From contig OZ024760.1 of NCBI GenBank assembly GCA_964016885.1, positions 16,058,001 through 16,122,000 of the forward strand: a stretch of DNA of 64,000 bases. Direction: 5' to 3'. The DNA comes from Eledone cirrhosa (taxonomy: Eukaryota). The notes under the pieces were generated by a model. The model was not told the DNA's origin, did no database searches, and saw only the letters and a list, made by a program, of their open reading frames with translations. Shown in pieces: positions 13,228-25,939 of this stretch (position 1 is its first letter; every line of letters begins with the position of its first letter). A program made the translations under genes and the position numbers.

Positions 13228-13366
13228 AGCCATCGCTAACCGGAAGTGTTGATATTTGAAAATTTTAAAGAAGTGAATATTTAAATAAACAATAAAATAT
13301 ATTTAATCAAAAGCTACGAAATTTAGCAGATAAAATATGTAATATTCATTCATTATTTATTCAAAG

Positions 13367-13818
13367 TTCTGAGTTCAAATCCCGCCGAGGTTAACTTTGC
13401 CTTTCATCCTTATGGGGTCGATAAAATAAAGTACCAGTAATACACTGGGTAATTGCTGGCCTTGTGCCAAAAGTAGAAACAATTATTTATTCAAAGACGT
13501 TTCCAGCATAGTTACGTCCCTTTACGATCTGAGTTCAAATCCCGCCGAGGTTGACTTTGCCTTTCATCCTTACGGGGTCGATAAAATAAAGTACCAGTAA
13601 TGCACTGGGTAATTGCTGGCCTTGTGCCTAAAGTAGAAACAATTATTTATTCAAAGACGGTGGATTGGCAGTATCGATAGAAGGTCGGACGCCATGCTTT
13701 GCGGCAAAGAGTTACGGCGCTTCATGGTCTGAGTTCAAATCCCGCCGAGGTAAAGTACCAGTAATGTACTGGTTAATTGCTGGCCTTGTGCCTAAAGTAG
13801 AAGCAATTATTTATTCAA
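13367..13818 (+). mobile_element. Tandem SINE family 1 copies
   Basis: Three consecutive units each ending caattatttattcaaag. Confidence 0.85.
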
Positions 13819-14469
13819 AGTAATCCAACTTATTTTACTAATGGGATAAAAAAAATTATAAACCGTACGCAGTCCCGCACTCCTTACTTTATTATAGTTT
13901 AGATAGATCACTGCAAATAATAGAATGTCCAAGGGATTTCTAATCACTCAGCATAAACAATATCTGTTCAATAACATCTTAAGATCTAACAAAAGACTGG
14001 GTGAACTAGGTTTCGTTAATAACATTTATTATGAAAAATCAATTACCCCATATAAAAACAATTGAGTGCGTGGGGTGGGTGTTTGTATGTGTGTGGGTGG
14101 TTTATATGTGTGTACGTGTCTGCGTGTGTGTGGGGGGTGTACGTGTGTGCGTCTGTATGTATGTATGTATGTATGTGAGTGTGTGTATGTGGGTGTGCGT
14201 GCGTGTGTCTGCGCATGTGTGCGTGTGTGTGTGTATGTGCGCGCGGAGTGCGTGCGCGCGTCTGTGCGTGTGTATATGTGTGCGTGCGCGCGTCCGTGTG
14301 TGCGTGCGTGTGTGTATGTGTGCGTTTGCGTGTGCCTGTGTATGTGCGTTTGTGTGTGTGTATACGTGTGTATGCGTTTGTGTGTGCATGTATGTGCACG
14401 TGTATACGTTTGTGTGTGTGTGTGCGTGTGTGTGTGCGTGCGTGTGTATGTATGTGTGTGTGTATGTAA

Positions 14470-15069
14470 TCTATATATATAAACCAGAGGATGTCTGTCT
14501 GTGTGTCTGTGAGTTCGAATCCCTAAAACTCGAGAAGTACCCAACCGATTTTTTTCAAACTTTACATATGTATTACTTATGTTTCAGGGAGTGTTATGCA
14601 CATAAAATTCAAGTTTCTGATCTCCTGGGGCCCGCATTAGGTGAAACTGCGTTTTTTCCAGCTAATTAGGTTTTTTTTTAGGCGTTACGTCAGACCGATT
14701 TCCTTGAAATTGTAACTATGTATTAGTCAGTCCCTTCTTCATACCGTGAGCAAAGAAATCCAATTTTTTATGGCCTGGGGACCGCATTAGGTGAAAAACT
14801 TCATTTTTTCAGCTTTTTAGGGCTTTTTGGAGGCATTACGTCAGACCGATTTCCCCGAAATTTCAAGGCATATTATGCACATAAAATAAATTAATTTTCT
14901 TGATCCCCTAGGGCCTGCATTAGGTGAACACCTGCATTTTTTCTGCTTCATCGAGGAAAATCTTAAAGATTATCCAGCCATCAGAGTATTCGGTTTATTT
15001 TCTTTACATATTGTCCAGGCATGCAGTTTTTCCACGATTATCCCGTGCTACGCCGGGTACCACTGCTAG
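14470..15069 (+). mobile_element. Non-autonomous Helitron-type element
   Basis: A|TCTATATATATAAA start, GTCT repeats, about three internal repeats (gcattaggtgaa), subterminal hairpin cccgtgctacgccggg (15042-15057), CTAG|T end. Confidence 0.8.
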
Positions 15070-15202
15070 TAATTTAATAAAAAAACAATTTTTTTTTCTT
15101 TTCTTTTCAAGCTTCCAGCCTGTTGCTTCCGTTTAACTTGAATTAGAGAAGAGAAAGAGATTATTGTCCGGTTGATCACTGGTCAGTCCTTCACCTGTCG
15201 CC

Positions 15203-15610
15203 ATGACAACTATTGCAAGATCGGTCAGTGACAGACCATCTGACCTTACAGTTTACGAAAATACTTTCAGAATGGGGCCAGACAAAACGCCAGCCCTTAA
15301 AAAGTCAGAAGTAGCGAGAATGATAGGTGAAGTATTGGAGGATAAGTTGGCCGGTTCGAACTACGAAGCGGTCAGTAACAGTGATGTGACCAAAACTTTG
15401 ACCCAACAGATCAATGAACGAATAAAAGTAGTTATCCCGCCGCAGTACAAAGTTATTACATTTGTGGTGGTTGGGTCCCAAAAAGGGTGTGACTTAAACA
15501 TTGGCAGTAGATGCTTGTGGGACCCCCGTTTTGATCAGTTCCACGAAGAAACATACACGAATTCCTCTCTTTATGCTGTCGTCACTGTTTATGTCATGTA
15601 CACAGAATAA
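15203..15610 (+). CDS. Tctex1-domain dynein light chain (TCTEX1D1/DYNLT5-like), 135 aa
   Basis: YENTFRMGP, PPQYKVITFVVVG, IGSRCLWDPRFD, YTNSSLYAVVTVY motifs; Kozak gccATGA; candidate upstream acceptor near 15111; AATAAA downstream. Confidence 0.92.
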   Translation: MTTIARSVSDRPSDLTVYENTFRMGPDKTPALKKSEVARMIGEVLEDKLAGSNYEAVSNSDVTKTLTQQINERIKVVIPPQYKVITFVVVGSQKGCDLNIGSRCLWDPRFDQFHEETYTNSSLYAVVTVYVMYTE

Positions 15611-16936
15611 CATGGAGAAAATTTGTATAAAACTGGACTAGAAGTAGGTTAAAAGAAGTTTAGAGGGTATTTATGTACAGTAAATAAACGAGGGTATTTA
15701 TGTCGTGTACAGTAAATAAACGAGAGATTTTGTATAAAACTGGACTAGGGTAGGTTAAAAGAATTTTGGAGGGGTTTTTATATTGAGTATAGGAAATAAC
15801 CTGGAGAAGTTTTGTCTAAAACTGAACTAGGGGAAGGTTCAGGGATGTTTTGGGGGGATGTTTTAGACATTTTAAACTGTGGTTGCTGTTCTGAGAATTG
15901 TGTAGAAAAAGTAAAAGTTGGGGAATAAAGAATTAGTTTCTCTAATGACTGTGATTTACAATAGAAATATTATTTAAAGAAAGGGGATAGTAAGTTAGAA
16001 ATAAATTGGACAAAGAGGTAGGTATATAAAGTATATAAGATGATGATATTATATACATATATATATATATATACACTTTAAAAAAAAAAATATATCATAC
16101 ACAAAACGCCAGCATCAACAGTTTTCCAAGAGATGTCAGCGGGATTTGAACTCAGAATGGCAAGGGCCGTAACTCTATGCGTCAAAGCATGGCGTCCGAC
16201 CCTCTACCGATACTGCCAATCTACCGATAAAAATAATTGTTTCTACTTTTGGCACAAAGTCAGCAATTACCCCAGTATATTACTGGTACTTTAGAAAGTT
16301 AAAACAATATGTGGAGGTGACAAGACTTTCGGACCACCCTGTAGTGTTTGTTCAAACTCTTTACGTTCTGAATTCGAATGTTGCGAAGGTCATGTTTTCC
16401 TCTCATACTTCTGGAGGCCTATAAAATAAAGTAGCAGTCAAGTACAGAGTTTGAATTGCTGCGTTTGTTGTGTTTCAATTAGACATCTTTATTTCATTCT
16501 ACTCAAACTTTTTAGTGTCAATGTATTAAATTTACTGACATCTACTTAGGTTTCGATTTCATCTCATATTACCCACTTAGAACATGTTTTCTTTGTCAAT
16601 AAAAACTTTACTCTCCAATACATGCTCGACACATACACAGTTTAAATAGAGCTTAAGTAGAACGTAAATTCGAAAAAAAAATAAAATGTAAAGAAGTTTA
16701 CAATAACTTGAAGACTCGGGTACAAACATTCATATATCAGGAACGATCGACTTTCGTCAAATCGGACCGAGGAAACAATGTTTCCATTGGTCTTTCCAGT
16801 TGCTAATACTATCTATTGGTCGGAACTCCAGGTAGAAGGAGCAACGTGAAATAAAGTGTCTTGCTCAAGGACATAACGCATCGCCCGGTCCTGGAATCGA
16901 ACTCACAACCTCACGATTCCGAATCCAATTCTCTAA

Positions 16937-16969
<33 letters not shown>

Positions 16970-16974
<5 letters not shown>

Positions 16975-17172
16975 AACCAGTAAGACCCCGACGGCTGAGC
17001 TCAAGCCGTTTCGACGGCTAATTCTGGACTCTGAGTCCAGAATTAGCCGCCGAAACGGCTTGAGCTCAGCCGTCGGGGTCTTACTGGTTCCTATTACCCA
17101 CTCTACTACCCTAAGTATTGAGTACTTTGGTGCGTTATGGTCCACCTGGTTCCTTACCACATTTCCTTCGTT
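16970..17172 (+). mobile_element. Fold-back element family B
   Basis: Near-perfect inverted repeat 16970-17094 between (TA)n; GAAACGGCT-tgagctc-AGCCGTC at 17052-17074. Confidence 0.7.
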
Positions 17173-17312
17173 ATATATATATATATATATAGTTGTTTCT
17201 ACTTTTGGCACAAGGCCAGCAATTATTCCAGTGTATTACTGGTACTTTATTTTATCGACCCTGTAAGGATGAAAGGCAAAGTTAACCTCGGCGGGATTTG
17301 AACTCAGATCAT

Positions 17313-17712
17313 TTGGCTGTACAACAAGGGGTTTTATTTCAGGTATTGACAATTGTTTCATTGATCAGGTGAGTTTAGAGGTCGCTAATCGCTCGAAGTT
17401 GCGTCTCTCGAATAATGTAATGGAGATCGAGTGACGCAACTTCAAGCGATTAGCGAACTCTAGACTCACCTGATCAATGAAACAATTGTCAATACCTGAA
17501 ATAAAACCCCTTGTTGTACAGCCAACCATGTTACTCTTCAATCTTTCACTATTATTACTCCAAGTATAACCTGCATAGGAACTCTCGCGAACTCGCTGCC
17601 TAACTATGGAAACATCTTGTTGAGTCAAACAAAGCCGTACGTTAAAACTATCCACGACGCAGAGTACTCACAACCTTTAACTGGATTGCCTATAACGATA
17701 ACTTGTTATCCC

Positions 17713-17715
<3 letters not shown>
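17313..17715 (+). mobile_element. Fold-back element family D
   Basis: Inverted arms 17313-17525; GAAAC-AATT-GTC (17479-17490) then AATAAA; tail repeated at 33237-33415. Confidence 0.65.
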
Positions 17716-17766
<51 letters not shown>

Positions 17767-17820
17767 CTGTGAAAGAGTGAAGAATAACCTGGTCGGCTGT
17801 ACAAAAAAAATATATATATA

Positions 17821-18002
17821 TATTAAAATAACAGATTAAAGTTTAAGCAAAGAATCGCTGCTTTCACCCTTAACGAGATCTTCAGAAGATCCCGTTAAGG
17901 GTGAAAGCAGCGATTCTTTGCTTAAACTTTAATCTGTTATTTTAATAAATATTTGCTCTAGGTTTCTTATATATTCGATATATATTTATCCTTATCGAGC
18001 CC
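17821..18002 (+). mobile_element. Fold-back element family E
   Basis: Inverted repeat 17821-17947 centred on gatcttcagaagatc; minus strand CTGAAGA-tctcgttaagggt-GAAA; second copy 33683-33890. Confidence 0.65.
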
Positions 18003-20820
18003 GTTTTGATCAGGCAAATACCGAATTGTGGACTTGTTGCCACGCCTTAACTGTTTCCCCACATAATACCCTATCTAAATACGATCTGGATGACCCGATG
18101 CGGTTTGCCCATGTCCACATTGGCACATTCGGATAATCAAGTCTATACCTGTCAGACAGTTCAAAACGTCTGAGCAGGTTGTTGAGGCTTTTACACCCTC
18201 CATACCTGTCTACTAGCCACACATAATCCCAGCGTGCATCCAAGATACCGTTCCAGTCTCCCACTAACACTAAAGAGCGGGACGTTCTAAGAAAGGTCTC
18301 TAGACGTCTGAAGAAATCTGGCCGCCCTGCCCCTGTTGGGGCGTAGACGGCTACTAGCCTGAAAGCATTGCCTTCGCTGCCGGTCACGTCCAGCACCACC
18401 GACTTACCTTCTGGATCCAGGAAGATGGCCCGTATCGCGAGATCCAAGCCTCTCCGAAAAAGCACTTCCACCGCTCCCCTCGATCCTGGGAGATGTGTAT
18501 ACATCGTAGCCGCGGAAGATCGGTGCGAAGGCTCGTGCTTCGGAGATTCTGGTCTCGCTGATGGCCACCACATTTATATTTAGTGACCTGAGGTCGTTGA
18601 GCAGGTGACCCTGCTTCCAAGATGACCCCAGGCCACGTACATTTATACTGCCTATTCTAAGTACGGCCATGTTGGATGAGAAACGGGGCAAGTGAGAAAG
18701 GGTCACTTACCTTGATCGTGTGGTGAAGGGACAGTAGAACCGTCCCTTTGGCTGGTCATGGGTGTTTCCAAGAGGATATCAGTGTATATCCTCTTGGTAA
18801 CCGACCCTCTGAAGTCTCCAACTACGTTGGGGAATTTTTGTTTTAAAAGTTTGTACTGTTCTATTTTGATTTCGATGATGCTTACGTTTGTCGGGAGAGT
18901 TCTTGGTGTTGGTGGGGTGTGGTAGTTTTTTTTCTGTGATGTCTGTGTGCTGCTTTATATGTTGTATGAGTTCTTTATTTGCCATGTTTATGGCTGTGTA
19001 CTTTTTGGGAGGAGGGGTGATTTTGTTGCTGTTTTCTTGTTGTTGCTGTTGGGTGTGTGTGTTTTGTTGTTTGCGATGTTGGTGTTTTTGGTGATGCTGG
19101 TGGTGGTGTGGTTGTTGTTGGTGGTGATGCTTGTGGTGGTGATGCCTTCACTTTGGAGGGTGAAGCTAAGGGGTTTTTCTTCTTTTGTTTTTTGTGGCAC
19201 ACCGTTTGTCACTTCCCTCCCGCCTCATACTCCATGTCAGATTCCGTGGCATCTGGGAGGGGTATGAGCTCCACTGCTGTTGGTGGTGGAGCCCGCCGGT
19301 GTGGCTACAGCGACTGTTGGTGTTGCCGCCACTGCTGCCGCTGCTTTAATTGTCCGTGGTCTTGGTATGGGTGCCACGGGCGTTGCCCTCCTATTCACCA
19401 TGGAAGGGTCTTTTGCCTCTGTTGCCTGCCCTGCTCTTGGTAGTAGCGGATCAAGCGTCGGAAGGAGGGGGGGGGCTCTTCTTGGCTGTCTTCTGCGGGC
19501 AGAAGGCCCTGAGGTGACCCTTCTGCCCACAGAGATAGCCCTTTGGGCGCCTTCCTTCCACGCTTATAGGGAGTTGGAGCCCTTCTTTGAGGTCTATGAT
19601 GTCTGGGATGGCCTCGATGTACACCTGGTCAGTCTGTAATAGCATTTGCATGCCTATTCCTGACCAGTTCTCTCTCCCCATTCTCTGTATTTGCAGTATG
19701 GTGGTCTTCTCCTCGATTCCAGCAAGTACAGACGCGGCCAGCCAAAGTATGGGCACGTCGGGAGGGACCTGGGTCACTTTGACCTTCACAATTTTCTGCC
19801 CGCAGTAGGAGGGCACCAAGACTATCTCCTCACTATTTAGGGTTTCCAAAGAGTGAGACTTCGCCTCTTGGTGGGTGGCGAAAAGTACGTCTACTGTGGC
19901 GTACTTTTTGCCTCGAGTGATGTGGGTTTTGCGCGCCCAGGCGCACCCCAAGGCCTTTTGGATTTGAGCCTCCGTGGCTCTCTCCACCCGATGTGACATT
20001 TTGCTTACGGTGCGGTAAGGCACCGTGCGCAGCTGCTGGTCTTTGAAGAAATCGGGTGGAGGTTTCAGGGAAACTCTATTGTCGTTTCTCGACACCATGG
20101 CTCTTGCGACTGCCATCTCCTCCTCCGTGACTAGCACTGTCTCTATATTTCGGGCCACACCTGCGAAAGAAGTGGCCCCTTTTTCAGCGGCACCATTATT
20201 GCTGCCGTTACTGGCCTTATTGTTGGTGCTGTTGCTACTGCTACAAATGATGTTGTTGGTGTTGTTGCTGTTATCATTGTTGTAATTGGTTGTGTTTTTG
20301 GTGCCCCCGTCGTTGTTGTTTTCGGTCCAATTTGTATTGTTGCTGTTGGTGTTGTCGTTGTTTATTTTCTTGTTAGTGGTGTTAATATCGTTGTTGCATT
20401 TGTTGTCATTTTTTTCTGTTGTCTGTATTTTGGTTGACGCTGTTATTGTTGTAGTTGGTGTGGTAATTTTTTCAAAATTAGTTTCTCAGTGTTGTTGTCT
20501 TTGTTCACGTTGTTTGTGGTGGTGTCTGTTGTAGGAATTTCTGTAACCCTCCTCTCAACTTTTACGCCGTTGTCACAAGACAGCGGACATATTACTGGGG
20601 GGCGTGGCTCAGCCATGTTTCTTTTTTTTTCAAATAATTTTTAAAAGTAAAATGTTCAAATATTTGGGCCAAAAGGCCCATATATAAAAATTCTTCCTCA
20701 CAGGGCAAAATCCAAGGGTTTATATCCCTTACACAACAAGAAATATTTAACAACAAATAATTTTAACGGGCAAATAAAGCGACTTACTGGGAGCGAGAAA
20801 AAAGCGTCCGAACAGACCGA
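18003..20820 (-). mobile_element. Tx1/L1-type LINE, 5' portion (5'UTR, ORF1, APE endonuclease), disrupted
   Basis: ORF1 with degenerate zinc knuckle GYLCGQKGHLRAFC. ORF2 starts at 18670 (MAVLRIGSINVRGL...AISETR), then frameshifted VAVYAP, VGDWN, WTW, YLDRVL. No RT present. Confidence 0.88.
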
Positions 20821-21199
20821 TAATAATAATAATAATAATAATTGTTTCTACTTTTGGCACAAGGCCAGCAATTACCCCAGTGCATTACTGGTACTTTATT
20901 TTATCAAAATAGTGTTGTGTCATTGAACCAAGGATGGTTTCTTGTGGTTTGCTATCAAATCTTAAGTTGGTGGTGGGAATATAACTTAACAAAGGTTTCA
21001 AAAGGCTTGCGTCATAGAACCATGAATTGTTTCAGATGGTTCGTTATGAAGGGCGTTACAGTCTATCTCGCGTATCAAGTGAAAAAGTAATTGAGTGTGG
21101 TTTTCATTAGAAACAGTTGACATAGTTAAGGAAACATTAACAATCCAGTTGGTTCTGACTTAAATCAATACACAATGCTATTACATATTCAGTAAAGTA

Positions 21200-22035
21200 A
21201 TTACAATACACACATACATACATGGTGGCTGCCAACTCGTTTTCGAGTACGGCCACTACCTTATATCCATGTAGGAGAACTCCTACCGATGCGCTGAACG
21301 AGTGTGACTTTTTAATCCAGCCAGCGACTTGAAAACTCTGGTACAAACACTACACTTGTGACAATTATTGACACACAGTGCTGGGCCCATGGCACCATGT
21401 GACGACAAGTGCAGAGAGATCTCCAGATATAAAGCAATGCCTGTGCCGTGAAGCTTTTATAGTGAGCAAAGGCACTGCACAAAGCCAGTCCCACTCTCTT
21501 AACCAAGATGATATTTACCAAAAAGAAGAACAAGTCAACATTATTGGATACCATCAGGGTTGCAGGTGTTATATCAGAGTTTTCCTTCTAGAATTCTGCC
21601 TTGACAAAGGCTAAGGGGTCATCTCTCCCGGTGATTTTGGATGGCCATTGACTCTTAAGAGCTCCTTTGCCCTTTGACAGGTTTTGTTTTTAGTCCTGCA
21701 GGATGTCCAAAGTCACATGCATACATACACATATATATACACACATATATACATGATGGCTGCAAACTCTGCTAAGAGTACTGCAATCGCTTGTCAGATT
21801 CAAATGTGTGACGCTCGGATATGGCTTTTCAAGAGACTTGCACTCCTTCTCACATTGACGACAACTATGGATCTCCCTGGCTTGAGGTCTCGCATCAGGT
21901 TGCCCGTGAACCCTCACAACACTGTGGAGATCATAGTTCACTGGTTCTCTTTGAACATGGCTGCGACTGTGGCTCCTGAGACCAGATTTGCTCAAGCAAA
22001 TTTTTCCACACTCAGGGCACTTCAATTCAATGGAG
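21200..22035 (-). mobile_element. Dispersed repeat(s) with C2H2 zinc-finger remnants (probably LINE-derived)
   Basis: CPECGKICLSKSGLRSHSRSH; 21200-21535 nearly identical to 63695-64000 ([22 protein letters not shown]) and related to 55930-56370 (+). Confidence 0.55.
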
Positions 22036-22460
22036 ACACCGAAAGTTTCGAAAGATACACCACACACACACACACAGAGACACATAATGGCTGCATTTCA
22101 GTTTCAAGAATTGCCATCCCTTGACTTTTTATGTGCATACGACAAAAAGTACCTAGCCCACACTGTAAAGTGGTCGTATAGGAGACACGACAAAAAGTAC
22201 CCAGCCCACACTGTAAATTTGTCTTATATGAGCGAGACACGGTCACCCAACCCAACTTGTCTCAAATGGGACAAACCCGTCTAACCCATGCTAGCGTGGA
22301 AAATAGACGTTAAACAATGTTGATGATGATGATGAGTGTACAGAATAACCCCCCCCCCCCCTCCCGTAAAAAAAAGCAAGATTGAGAGAAATTGGTATAT
22401 AGATTCAGAACTAATTCAACACCACTTCCTTCACCCCCTACTTCCTCCTATGGAGGTTAG

Positions 22461-23013
22461 TTAGCCAGCCAAACGATTTAAGAACTCTCTTTGAGCATAA
22501 TTATATAGTTGAATATCAAGTTGGTTCAGCTTTTTGATTTTATCGATCGTATCGTTATCAATACCTTTCAAAACCTTCCTTGATTTTGCTGTCATAACAA
22601 TTTTCTTCTTGAAGGTAACATTGAAAGTTTTCTCAAACAAACCCATACTTTCCGCGTAATACTCAAAGAGGCCGAAAAACGTCATGTTTTTCAGATTTTC
22701 AATGGCACTGGACAACATGATTGCATCCCGTACCTCTGGGGACATACCACTGCTATTAAAACAGTTCACTCGACGTAAGTCGGCCAACATCCTTGTCTGT
22801 CTGTTATTGGCAAGATTCGATCGACAGGCGATGAAATCTTGGAGTGTCACGTTGATCCAGGTGAGTCCATTGTAACAAGGTATTACTTCTTTGGCTGTGG
22901 CATACCTGTGATTACATTTCTGTGATTGTTGCCAATCTGCTCCTCGCCGGATGTGCAACCATTCGTTGATATAACGATTAATAGGGTCGCGTAATATTGT
23001 TATGTAGCGGTAT
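22461..23013 (-). CDS. HS6ST: Heparan sulfate 6-O-sulfotransferase-like, coding exon 2
   Basis: YITILRDPINRYINEWLHIRRGADW, NLANNRQTRMLADL, LNQLDIQLY; acceptor ttgcag|; phase matches exon 1. Confidence 0.93.
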
Positions 23014-23579
23014 CTGCAACAGAAACATAAAACACAACTATTAGGTTGGTGCAAATGTAATGTCTGATTTTCTAGAAGAAAGTTTTAGATAGTGTTTATT
23101 AAATTTGTGCTACTTGTTACCCTTTAGGAATGTTACAATGAATAATCTATACCTTTTTTCAAAAGATGGTGTAGGATAGAACAAATGAGAGACACAAAAT
23201 AAGAAACCAGTCACTGAGGAGGTCACAGAATGTGTGACGAAAGAGCTTTGACAATATATAAGCAGCCATCTGGTTATCCGATTATTGAACCAACCAACCG
23301 GAAAATTATAATAATTTGAAGTGAAGATCAATAGGTGAGTGTGTTTTTATTGGCAGCATGTTCAATAAAACGCACACAAACTCACACGCACATATATATA
23401 TATATACGTCATATATATCCCATGTACGTCAATACTCATCTTTTTCCATTTATCTGAGGGTTCTAAACCCCACTATCAGGCTAAAATTTCTTTAGTAAAA
23501 AATACGGTGAAAGCTAATCTATTTTCTAATTTCAAACCTGCTCACTGTTTCAAAACATACTTACTTGTCATATATATAT

Positions 23580-23644
<65 letters not shown>

Positions 23645-24140
23645 CAATTATTGCTCCAAGAAAAATAAAAGGTCGGCGTGAAGGAGATTAGGAATTTATT
23701 TGCTTTAACATGTTTCTGTGTCTATTATAAATTGTCTACATAGGCTGACTACAATATATATTGTTCAATTGTATGAAGTACTTAATTATTTATTACATTT
23801 CAACAGAAAGCCTATAGTAGTGGAAGTGACTCTTCCTTATGCAGCAGAGTTCAGCAATGGGATTTTCGTTTAAGAAAATGTAAATAAGTTAAAAACAGAA
23901 TTAAATACAATCAGTTAGTGTGATAGTAGAGAGGAGTGGGAGTCGGGGGGGTGGTAAAGAGTATTACACTATCAATCTGTGTGTTGTGATGTGGAACAAT
24001 TCTTTTTTGACCATTGGTACGGGTGAAGGCTTTGATGTTTACCATATATGGTATAATAGACCCCGAAACTGGATACTAACCTGGTGTACACCTGAACTTC
24101 CACCAGGAAATCTTTCGTATCATTGAAATTTTCTTCGCTT

Positions 24141-24180
<40 letters not shown>

Positions 24181-24326
24181 AAAGAAGAGAGAAATTCTTT
24201 GATTACACTCCTCGTTTGTTCGTGTTTCCACGACTGAATCCCTACCAACCTGTCGAGTCACCTTAACGTATGTTGAGAACTTTCCTCACAACTTGTTCTA
24301 CCAAGCTTTGGAATACTCCTAATTAC

Positions 24327-24368
<42 letters not shown>

Positions 24369-24604
24369 TATGTATACGTACATACATATATGTATACAGA
24401 CGTACAGTAGTATGTATATATATATATACATACATGCACACAGATATATATATGTACGTATGGATTCACCGAACATTTATTATAATGCTCGGTGTGTTTG
24501 TAAACAAACATCCCGTATTAAGCCGTAGTGTCCAGCAACCATCGTTGCTCGTTTGTTCAACACTGACAAAGGAACGCTGTACTAGTTTCAAGGTATATAT
24601 ATAT

Positions 24605-24800
24605 ATATTTAATATAGAAAAGCTTCTACAGGACTAAAACTGCTTCATTCGTGAGAAATCATCAGGAAGCTTCTGATGATTTCTCCCGAATGAAACAGTT
24701 CTAGTCCTGTAGAAGCTTTTCTATATTAAATATTTATACTCTGCTTTGTATTGAGTACCTTACTTACTGTGGTTACCCCCGAGTAAACCCGGGATAAACT
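24605..24800 (+). mobile_element. Fold-back element family A
   Basis: Inverted repeat 24605-24733; CTGATGA (24673) ... GAAACAG (24692). Confidence 0.65.
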
Positions 24801-25186
24801 TATATATATTTGTTTTGTAAGGTTTTTGATATGAAATCGTGTGTCGAAACAAATATTGTTATACTTGGGGAGGGTTAAATTGTGATAATGTTTTTGAGGA
24901 AACACCTTTCCTCTATTCTCCAGAAAGGTGTTTCCTCAAAAACCAGTATGACTCTAAAAACCGGTTTGTCTGTGTGTTTACATACAGAATAGCTGGATAC
25001 TCCTAGTAAAGTAACCAGTGAAAGACTTGGTACATCTACATATGTACACGTGTGTATTCATATGCATACTAGTATTTCAGTATGCATATGTAGATGTACA
25101 TTTTTAACTTAATTGTTTAAGCGTCAGTCATACAAAAGTGAGTTACAAACGAAACGAAATTTAATTTCGTTTCGTTATTTGTTTTT

Positions 25187-25230
<44 letters not shown>

Positions 25231-25375
25231 AGGATATATATATATATATATCCTCGCATATGTACCAGTGAGCATACATTTGTCATTACAGTAAATATCA
25301 ACTTTCCCTTCCACAAAAGAAACCAATATTTAATACACTTAATAAAAATAAAAAAAAAAACATAAGTCAACCTAC

Positions 25376-25776
25376 CTCCGTTGAACTTTAACGTATTTGT
25401 AAGATTTTTCCATGCGGTCGAGGGCACCAGGAATACACTCATGAAGCTGTGTCCAACTGGGATGAACCCCACAGATCCAATTACTGGTCAGCCGGCTGAA
25501 CAACCATATGTGTCCTTCTGTTGATTTACAACCACAGTGTTTATTCCGCGAATTACACTTGCAGGTAGGCTGCTTCACATCAAGGTAATGAATCAAATGA
25601 TGGTCAAACAGTTTCCCAGCTGTTTTTTGTATATGGATATAGACAAGGACATCAATCGTGGCATTAAATTTGAAGAAACGAAAGGCATACTTCATCCTGT
25701 TAGGGTTAAGCAGGTGAAATGCAAAGATTACGCAACAAACTAAAACAAACAAAAATGTCCATTTAAAGTTATTCAT
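25376..25776 (-). CDS. HS6ST: Heparan sulfate 6-O-sulfotransferase-like, coding exon 1 (spliced product 317 aa)
   Basis: N-terminal TM anchor, DVLVYIHIQKTAG, WLFSRLTSNWICGVH; donor AG|GTAGGT; 401+553 nt joins in frame. Confidence 0.93.
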
Positions 25777-25939
25777 CTTAGCAAAATAGGGAGTTATAGC
25801 ATGGAGGCAGGAACAAATAAGGGGTCTGTATTAATGTAGGACGTGTGTTGACTGAAACAACCTCAAACACTAAAATTTTTATTACTTTATTATTCAAATC
25901 ATAACCTACCTCGTTAATCTGACTCACTCTCTCTAACTG

